Shown: positions 1-6,730 of the stretch, piece by piece
How positions within the stretch are numbered: position 1 is the stretch's first letter
How the letters are laid out: the number at the start of each line of letters is the position of its first letter
Source of the DNA: Myxococcota bacterium
GTDB lineage: Bacteria; Myxococcota; UBA4151
Assembly (NCBI GenBank): GCA_036338695.1
Contig: JAYZBQ010000037.1
Span: 1-27,671 of the forward strand
Direction of reading: 5' to 3'
DNA: 27,671 nt
Translations under genes and position numbers: made by a program
The notes under the pieces: model-generated
Databases searched by the model: none
What the model was told of the DNA's origin: nothing
The model's input: only the letters and a program-made list of their open reading frames with translations

Positions 1-1
1 C

Positions 2-1459
2 GGCTGCGGCGACGGCTCGGTCTGGGAGGGCAACGAGGAGTGCGACGACGGCAACCGCGACAACTTTGACGCCTGCCTGAACGCTTGCACCGCCGCCCGC
101 TGCGGTGACGGCGCGCAGCGCCTGGATCTGTCGGAAGGGGACGAGGGGTTTGAGGCCTGCGACGACGGCAACAGCGACTCCGACGACGCCTGCCTGACGA
201 CCTGCGAGCGGGCGCGCTGCGGCGACGGGATCCACCGCCGCGACCTCAACCCCAACCACCCGGACTTTGAAGAGTGCGACGACGGCAACGACTCCGACGA
301 TGACGAGTGCTCGACGACCTGCATCTCGCTGGGCTGCGGCAACGGCCGCCTCAACGAGGGCGAAGCCTGCGACGACGGCAACATCGAGGACGCGGACGCG
401 TGCCGTAACGACTGCACGCTGGCCGCTTGCGGTGACGGGGTCACCCGGCGCGACCTGCAGCCGGGTGAGGCGAACTATGAAGCCTGCGACGACGGCAACG
501 CGGTCGACACGGACGCGTGCACCAGCGGCTGCACCGTGGCGGTGTGCGGCGACGGGGTGGTGCGCCTTGACCTCGCCGAGGGCGCCGAGGGCTTTGAGGC
601 TTGCGATGACGGCAACGCGGTGGATGAGGACGCCTGCGTGGGTTGCCAGCCGGCGCGCTGCGGCGACGGGATCGTCCGTGAGGACCTCAACGACGGCGAT
701 GACGGCTTTGAGGAATGCGACGATGGCAACAGCGACGATGGCGATGGCTGCTCCGCCTCGTGCGCTCGGGAGGGCGTTCAGGGGCTCGTGCTCTATTACA
801 ACTTTGAGTCTGGTGCAGGCGCCGTTCCCGATTTGGGCGGCTCAGGGAACCGAACCGACGGCGCCTTTGAAGGACGCGCCGGGTACATCAACGAGGGCCG
901 TCATGGGAACTGGGCGATGCGCTCGCCGGGCGGTAGCGGCGCCGGCGACCACTTGAAGATTCGTGGTGACGTGACCGACTTGAACATGACGGATGGTTAC
1001 GCGGCGATGGCGTGGATCAAGGTGAACAACGTGGGAAGCGGTCAAGGGATCATCGTACTCGGCGCCTGCTGCAACCCCCGCCAGGGCTACACGATCAATC
1101 TCGAGAGCGACGGGCGGATCCGGATGTGGGGTGGCTCCAACAACAACAACAGCAATTACAACGCCTACAGCTCGGCGCGTGTGAACGACGGCAACTGGCA
1201 CCACGTCGGTATCCGCGTGACCAACGCGCGCATTGAGGTCCTTGTGGATGGAAACGTCAGCGGCAGCGTCAACCAGAGCAACCTGCCCACGTCGCCGTCG
1301 CTTGCGAACAGTCGAGACAGCCACGGTCAAGGGAACCCGCACATCGGCGGGATGGGGATCTCGTCGCGCTCGGGCGCTGATGTCCTGATCGACGAGGTCC
1401 GGGTCTACAACTCGGCGCTGAGCAATGAGGACTGGGCTACGGCGATGGCGGGTAACTAG
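2..1459 (+). CDS. Myxococcus cysteine-rich repeat (DUF4215-like) protein with C-terminal LamG/concanavalin A-like domain; 5' end outside the window
   Basis: The frame from base 2 (GCGDGSVWEGNEECDDGN...) is open and continuous with the listed 536..1459 ORF. It has 7 CG[DN]G...CDDGN...C...C repeats, followed from about 782 by LamG hallmarks GLVLYYNFE, AWIK, DGNWHHVG and IDEVRVYNSALS. Confidence 0.88.
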   Translation, partial: GCGDGSVWEGNEECDDGNRDNFDACLNACTAARCGDGAQRLDLSEGDEGFEACDDGNSDSDDACLTTCERARCGDGIHRRDLNPNHPDFEECDDGNDSDDDECSTTCISLGCGNGRLNEGEACDDGNIEDADACRNDCTLAACGDGVTRRDLQPGEANYEACDDGNAVDTDACTSGCTVAVCGDGVVRLDLAEGAEGFEACDDGNAVDEDACVGCQPARCGDGIVREDLNDGDDGFEECDDGNSDDGDGCSASCAREGVQGLVLYYNFESGAGAVPDLGGSGNRTDGAFEGRAGYINEGRHGNWAMRSPGGSGAGDHLKIRGDVTDLNMTDGYAAMAWIKVNNVGSGQGIIVLGACCNPRQGYTINLESDGRIRMWGGSNNNNSNYNAYSSARVNDGNWHHVGIRVTNARIEVLVDGNVSGSVNQSNLPTSPSLANSRDSHGQGNPHIGGMGISSRSGADVLIDEVRVYNSALSNEDWATAMAGN

Positions 1460-2313
1460 CCCCGGCTGGGGATCACCAGCTTCTCGATCCAGTTCTTTAC
1501 CTCGACGCAGCGCGTGGCGTCGTCTTCGACGTCGCCGTCGATCCCGAGACGCCAGGCGATGTCACGGCGCGAGGGGTCATCGTGCAGCGTTTGTAGGTCG
1601 TCGATGTAGGCGCGTGCCGTCGACTCATCAGGGAAAAACCCCCGCCGGATGAGCTTGGGTATTCGGCAGCGCACCAAACCCGCCATATCGCTCAGGTCGT
1701 ACTCTGGGTGGTATTGCACCGACCAGAAGACCCCGCGGTCGTAGCGGACGTCCACCGCCTGGACATGCGACCAGGCGTTGCCAGCGAGTCGAACGCCGCA
1801 ATCGCCGAGCTCGGTGATCTCGTCGTCGTGGCTGGTGAAGGCATCAAACACCTCCGGTTTGCCCTCAAACATGGGATGCGCTCGCCCCTCCGCCGTGAGT
1901 TGAATCTTTCGGCTGATGCCTTGCTCGCGCCCCTTCGGGTTGGCCTCGACCCGCCCGCCGGCGGCGACGACCGCGATCTGAGCAGCCCAGCACGATCCAA
2001 AGCTCGGGGTGCCCGACGTAAAGCCATCTTTCGCCAACTGGATCTGCTTGCGCACGGGCTCGATGTCATCGTTGAGGCACAGGCTGCACCCGGTCCAGGC
2101 GATGCCGTCAAATTCGCTCAAGCCTTGGGCGTCCGGCAACTCGGTGCCCGGATCAGCGGGGTGGAGCAAGGTGACCTTTGCTGGGATGGGGGACCAGCGC
2201 TGGAGCATCGCCTCGTAGAGCATACCAGCAGGCTTGGCGCCGTTCTCTAAGAACTGGTCACGTCCCTCGCGTGTGTAGCCATCGATGACGAGAAAGTGGA
2301 GCGGTTGGTTCAC
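1456..2313 (-). CDS. Type 1 glutamine amidotransferase (GMP-synthase-like GATase domain, stand-alone)
   Basis: Nucleophile elbow FGSCWAAQI, SHDDEI and QYHPEY (Cys-His-Glu triad). The GTG start lies 3 nt from the upstream HAD stop. Confidence 0.85.
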   Translation of the reverse strand: MNQPLHFLVIDGYTREGRDQFLENGAKPAGMLYEAMLQRWSPIPAKVTLLHPADPGTELPDAQGLSEFDGIAWTGCSLCLNDDIEPVRKQIQLAKDGFTSGTPSFGSCWAAQIAVVAAGGRVEANPKGREQGISRKIQLTAEGRAHPMFEGKPEVFDAFTSHDDEITELGDCGVRLAGNAWSHVQAVDVRYDRGVFWSVQYHPEYDLSDMAGLVRCRIPKLIRRGFFPDESTARAYIDDLQTLHDDPSRRDIAWRLGIDGDVEDDATRCVEVKNWIEKLVIPSRG

Positions 2314-2316
2314 GGT

Positions 2317-3060
2317 CTATCCTCGAGCTAAGGCGTCGATCACGCCAGGAAGATCAGCGTAAGCCTCGCACAGCGCGTCCGCCGAGTGACCAGCCTTGTC
2401 GGCGTCGCGCGAGGCGGTGAACAGGATCGCCTTCATCCCGAGCTGATGAGGGCCGTCGATGTCGTTACTGTGACGATCACCGATGTGCACCATGGTCTCC
2501 ACCGGAACACCGAGCCCCGCAGCCGCTGCGTCAAACATCGAGCGATGCGGCTTGGAGCGCCCGACCTCGTCGGAGAAGACGAAGCTTGAGAAGTACTGTT
2601 TGACCCCGTGCTTTTCGAGCAGCTGCCGCAGGACGCGCCCCGGGGAGACGATGGCGTCTGAGCAGATCGCGAGCGGGTAGCGTGACGCCAGCGCCGCGAT
2701 CGCCTCCGCGGCGCCGTCGATCAGGCGAGGGGAGTGCAGGAGCTCCATCGTCTCCCAACCCTCGACCGCCGCTTGGAAGGCCGCCTCGCTCGGCTGCTCG
2801 CCGAGTCGCTCAAAGACTCGCCGCAGGCGAGCGTCGACGGTCCAGTTAGTGTGCTCGACCTTCCAAGCATAGCGAAAGGCGGTGTCCACCTCGTCGCAGG
2901 CAGCGACCACGTCGCTGAGCTCGCGGTGAGGGACCGCCGCATGAAGCAAGGCGCGCCGCTCGTCGTGTTTGCTCAGCAGCCCGAGCGCTGCGCGCTCAAG
3001 CTCGTCGGAGTCGTCCACCACGATGGTGTCCCAGAGATCAAATGAGATGGCACGAATCAT
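2317..3060 (-). CDS. HAD-family hydrolase
   Basis: Motif I AISFDLWDT, motif II ICSD, motif III SKPH and motif IV HIGDRHSNDI. The ATG at 3060 (MIRAISFD) is the typical family N-terminus. Confidence 0.85.
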   Translation of the reverse strand: MIRAISFDLWDTIVVDDSDELERAALGLLSKHDERRALLHAAVPHRELSDVVAACDEVDTAFRYAWKVEHTNWTVDARLRRVFERLGEQPSEAAFQAAVEGWETMELLHSPRLIDGAAEAIAALASRYPLAICSDAIVSPGRVLRQLLEKHGVKQYFSSFVFSDEVGRSKPHRSMFDAAAAGLGVPVETMVHIGDRHSNDIDGPHQLGMKAILFTASRDADKAGHSADALCEAYADLPGVIDALARG

Positions 3061-3122
3061 CGCTCGTCCTCGCCAGGGTAGCGGCACCCTAGTCTCAAGT
3101 CACGGGCTTGGAAAGACGCCGC

Positions 3123-4052
3123 CTAACGGATGCGCTCAAGGAGCGCAGCGAGCTTCTTCGCAAGCCGCTGTGAGGCGAGCTCAGCCGAGCGCTCGTCGAG
3201 GTGGCTGCCGTCGTAACTTGAGAGCCCCTCCCAGCTCAAATCGATCCACTGCGCGCCGCTGGCGACCAGTCGACGGCGCACGCCCTCCTCTGACCAGCCG
3301 CCGATCGCTCGCTCGATCGCCGCCATAGCCGGAGGACGGGGAGGGACCAACGCCACGACGCGAACCCCTTGGCGGGTTGTCGTCCGGACCCACTCGGCGA
3401 GCGCGTCGAGTCGCTGGGGGGAGACAGGGCTTGCGCGCAGCGTTTTGCGGTAACCCGGCAGGGCGCGCGATGGAGACCTCGGCGTGGTGCTCGAGGCCAC
3501 AAAACCCCGGTGATCAAAGCGCTGATGATAGTGCACACGGCTCTCGCCCTGACGCGCCAGCAGCAGCGCTTCGGTCGGATCGTCGAGGGCGGCGCGCCAG
3601 AGGACGTTTCTGATCAAGCCGCTCTGGAGCTGAATCCAAACATTGATCGGGTGGCGGCCGGCGAAGCCGTCATAGTGGGGGTTGTCCGGCCCTGTCTTGG
3701 GCGCGCTCAAGCTGTGGGCGGTGACCGCCAAGACCATCAGTCCCCCCGGTTGCTGAGCCTTGAGGTGGGCTTTCGCCGCGTCGAGGTAGGCGGGCGTTAA
3801 GCGCGCTGAGCTGTACCCAAAGTTGTGAAGCCGTCGTCCGCCAAGCTGGGCTTCGATGGTGCTCGGGTTGAACCCTCGATAGAGCCTCGAGTCGCCCGCC
3901 ATCACGCCGTCAAAGCGTTCGCCGGGGAAGGTCTTTTGGAGCCAAAATTGCTCAGCAGGGAGCGACGCGCGCTGCGGCCGGTGGAGCGCCAGCTGCAGCG
4001 CGCCCGTCAGCGCCATCAAGAGACCAAAGGTGCGTGCGGTCGGACGGAGCAT
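3123..4052 (-). CDS. SGNH-like extracytoplasmic partner of the MBOAT (PatB/AlgJ/DltD-like acyltransferase)
   Basis: N-terminal hydrophobic anchor, GDS at 3888-3896 and DGSH at 3201-3212. The gene starts 1 nt after the MBOAT stop. Confidence 0.7.
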   Translation of the reverse strand: MLRPTARTFGLLMALTGALQLALHRPQRASLPAEQFWLQKTFPGERFDGVMAGDSRLYRGFNPSTIEAQLGGRRLHNFGYSSARLTPAYLDAAKAHLKAQQPGGLMVLAVTAHSLSAPKTGPDNPHYDGFAGRHPINVWIQLQSGLIRNVLWRAALDDPTEALLLARQGESRVHYHQRFDHRGFVASSTTPRSPSRALPGYRKTLRASPVSPQRLDALAEWVRTTTRQGVRVVALVPPRPPAMAAIERAIGGWSEEGVRRRLVASGAQWIDLSWEGLSSYDGSHLDERSAELASQRLAKKLAALLERIR

Positions 4053-4053
4053 C

Positions 4054-5469
4054 TTAGAACTGAAAATAGATGAATTGGGCGGGTGGACCGCGCAGGATGA
4101 TAGCGGCGCAAGCGAGCGCCGCTAGGGCGATCGGCTGCCAGCGCGCCACGCGCTGTGGCGCGAGCCGATGCCAGCCAAGGTCCCAGATGACGGCAGCTTC
4201 GCGCAGCGCAAAAGCGACGAGTAAGGCGATCGGGACGAGGTGGAAGGTCGCAGCGCTCAGATCGGACGGCGCGCCGGGCAGCGCGCCGAGCATGATGCCA
4301 ATGATCGTCAGCCCTTGGTCGATGTTCTCGGCTCGAAACATCACCCACGCCAGCAGCACGACGGCGAGTGTCAGGACACGACCGCCGATAGGTCCCAGGC
4401 GCTCATGAACGCCGGTGAGCCGCTCGAGCGTTAAGAACCCTGCGTGCAGCGCGCCCCACGCGACAAAAGTCCACGCTGCGCCATGCCACAGACCCGAGAT
4501 GAGCATCGTGAGGGTCATGGCGGCGACGCCCCAAGCGACGCCGCGGCGCGAGCCACCGAGCGGAATGTAGACGTAGTCGCGAAACCAGGTCGAGAGGCTG
4601 ATATGCCAGCGACCCCAGAACGAGCGCAGCGAGGTCGCCGTGTACGGGTGGTTGAAGTTGATCCCGAAGTCGAAGCCCATCCACTTGCCTAAGCCTCGGG
4701 CGATGTCGGTGTAGCCTGAGAAGTCACCATAGATCTGCGCCGCAAAGAGCGCCGCCACGAACCACCAATAACCGGCTGAGCCGGCCGTGTTTCCCTGCGC
4801 AAAGGCCGCGTCGACGTAGGGCGCGAGCTGGTCGGCGAGCACCACCTTTTTAACGAAGCCGTAGACGATCAGCCGCAGGCCCTCATCCCACTGCTGAGCG
4901 CTCGCAGGCTGGGGGTTGAGCACCTCCGGGAGCAGCTTGGCTGCGCGCACGATCGGTCCTGCGACCAGCTGGGGAAAGAGCGAGAGATAGGCGAAGAAGG
5001 CGAGCAGCTGGCGGGTGGGTTGGAGCCGGCCCCTGTAGACGTCAAGGGTGTAGGACATCGACTGGAAGGTGTAGAAGCTGATCCCCACGGGCAGCGCGTC
5101 CAAGGCGCTGGGGACGTGGGATTGTGCCTGGAGGGTGTAGCCAAAGAGCGCTGCGGCGACCTCGATGTTTTCAGCGATAAAGTGAGCGTACTTGAAGGCG
5201 CAGAGGATGCCGAGGTTACCGGCTAGTGAGATGAGGAGAAAGAGTCGCTTGCGCTTGGCAAAGCGCGTGATCCCGAGCGCACAGCTGTAGTCGATCAAGC
5301 CCGACGCGATGATCAAGCCAATATAGGACACCGACCACCAGCCATAAAAGATCAACGAGGCGGTGACGAGATAGGCCTGCTTCCAGCGCGCCGGCCGCGT
5401 GCGCAGCATCGACCACCCGGTGAAGAACACCAGCGCAAAGATCACAAAGGTGAGCGAGTTGAAGAGCAT
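4054..5469 (-). CDS. MBOAT family O-acyltransferase (AlgI/PatA/DltB-like)
   Basis: MLFNS start, LPVGISFYTFQ, FPQLVAGPIVRA, DFSGYTDIA, FWGRWHISLSTWFRDYVYIPLGG, catalytic SGLWHGA and C-terminal FIYFQF. Confidence 0.93.
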   Translation of the reverse strand: MLFNSLTFVIFALVFFTGWSMLRTRPARWKQAYLVTASLIFYGWWSVSYIGLIIASGLIDYSCALGITRFAKRKRLFLLISLAGNLGILCAFKYAHFIAENIEVAAALFGYTLQAQSHVPSALDALPVGISFYTFQSMSYTLDVYRGRLQPTRQLLAFFAYLSLFPQLVAGPIVRAAKLLPEVLNPQPASAQQWDEGLRLIVYGFVKKVVLADQLAPYVDAAFAQGNTAGSAGYWWFVAALFAAQIYGDFSGYTDIARGLGKWMGFDFGINFNHPYTATSLRSFWGRWHISLSTWFRDYVYIPLGGSRRGVAWGVAAMTLTMLISGLWHGAAWTFVAWGALHAGFLTLERLTGVHERLGPIGGRVLTLAVVLLAWVMFRAENIDQGLTIIGIMLGALPGAPSDLSAATFHLVPIALLVAFALREAAVIWDLGWHRLAPQRVARWQPIALAALACAAIILRGPPAQFIYFQF

Positions 5470-5517
5470 CGGCTCGTCTAAGCCACAGCGGCGCCGTAAA
5501 CGAAACGAGAATCGAGC

Positions 5518-6228
5518 TTAGAAGACGACGGCGACCCCCGTCTTCAGCGAGGAGCGGGGGGCATAGCCTTCACTCAACAGGGTGTGTTTGTACACGATTT
5601 GAGCGTGCCATGTGTCGTTAATTCGCCAGTAGAGGGTCGGACCGATCCGGGCGCTGTAGCCGCCATCACTGCGCAACCGCGCTCGCCCTTTGATCTTGAG
5701 GTGACCCGAGGAAGATGCGCTGTGTAGGTTGATCCCTGTGCCCAGATGCAGGTGCAGGGCATACAATCCGTCCACTCGTCGAATGATCCCAGCTGATCCA
5801 GCCACGTGGGTCTTGTAGGCCTCTGTCTCGTAACCCGCAGAGAGCTTGAATCGCTCGGGGCGAGCGTTGCTGTGGGGGTTGGCGATCGGCACAAACCACT
5901 GAGGCGCAAGCGTCCATGAGCCGCTGCGTCCGTCGAGGTTGAAGTAGCGCTTGAGCGGGAGCGCGAGGGTGGGCGTGCCGATGCCCATGGATTCGTCGAT
6001 CCGAAACGGGACCTTGGCGGTGACGCGGATCCAGCGCTCCCATGTGTAGACGCCGTCGACGTGGAGCCACTGGCTGTCCGTCTCGCCGTCGCGGCGCGCC
6101 TCATGACGCGTCTGCACACCCCAGCCGCCCGCCCAGCGTGGCATCTCACCGAAGATGGGCTGCTCAGCGACGCTGCGCGACGACGTCAGCATTAAGGCGC
6201 TCAGCAGCACGAAGCGTGCGGTACTCAT
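5518..6228 (-). CDS. Putative outer-membrane beta-barrel protein of unknown function
   Basis: Signal-peptide-like N-terminus from the ATG at 6228 (MSTARFVLLSALMLTSSRSVA), alternating aromatic strands and a terminal Phe (TGVAVVF). The start lies 4 nt after the HMA gene stop. Confidence 0.6.
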   Translation of the reverse strand: MSTARFVLLSALMLTSSRSVAEQPIFGEMPRWAGGWGVQTRHEARRDGETDSQWLHVDGVYTWERWIRVTAKVPFRIDESMGIGTPTLALPLKRYFNLDGRSGSWTLAPQWFVPIANPHSNARPERFKLSAGYETEAYKTHVAGSAGIIRRVDGLYALHLHLGTGINLHSASSSGHLKIKGRARLRSDGGYSARIGPTLYWRINDTWHAQIVYKHTLLSEGYAPRSSLKTGVAVVF

Positions 6229-6232
6229 CGGG

Positions 6233-6670
6233 TTACTGGAGCGATTGACGCTCAACCTGACCGTCGACGAGCTGATACATCTCCACCGGGTCATAGCCTG
6301 CGCGTTGGACGGCGACCTTCACGGCGTTCGGGTGGACCTTCTCGCCATCTTTCACCGCCACCGTGACGACCTGCGTCAAGGCGTTCAGCTTTACGCCTTT
6401 ATTGAACCGGTCTTTGTCGACAAAGTTCATCGACGCCACGTGGACCCGCACGCCGATTGCGCAGCTTTGACAGCACATTCCCTTGGCGAACAGCGCAATG
6501 GAGTTCGGGTTCGTTTTGAGCTCTTCAGCGACACTGCTCATACGCTGCTCATCGGTGACCTGCGCTGCGCGTTGCTCTTTGGTAAGGGGGGCGTTGGCGG
6601 CGGTCGGCGCTGAGGCGCAAGCCGTCGTGCAGAGGGTCAGGGTCAGACCGATCATCAAAGGGTGTTTCAT
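6233..6670 (-). CDS. Exported heavy-metal-associated (HMA) domain protein, probable lipoprotein
   Basis: MKHPLMIGLTLTLCTTAC signal/lipobox, GMCCQSC at 6461-6481 and an HMA-type ending VKVAVQRAGY. Confidence 0.75.
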   Translation of the reverse strand: MKHPLMIGLTLTLCTTACASAPTAANAPLTKEQRAAQVTDEQRMSSVAEELKTNPNSIALFAKGMCCQSCAIGVRVHVASMNFVDKDRFNKGVKLNALTQVVTVAVKDGEKVHPNAVKVAVQRAGYDPVEMYQLVDGQVERQSLQ

Positions 6671-6730
6671 GCGTGTTCTCCGGTGTGCTGGCATTACGAC
6701 GATCAACGCAGCAGCAGCAAGTTCGTTCCG

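Noticed and set aside
1139..1162. AAC-rich stretch as a diversity-generating retroelement template or variable repeat
   Set aside because: No second near-identical copy differing at adenines and no reverse transcriptase in the window.
1456..1459. Convergent stop codons overlapping on CTAG
   Set aside because: A common tail-to-tail overlap in compact genomes, with no further signal.
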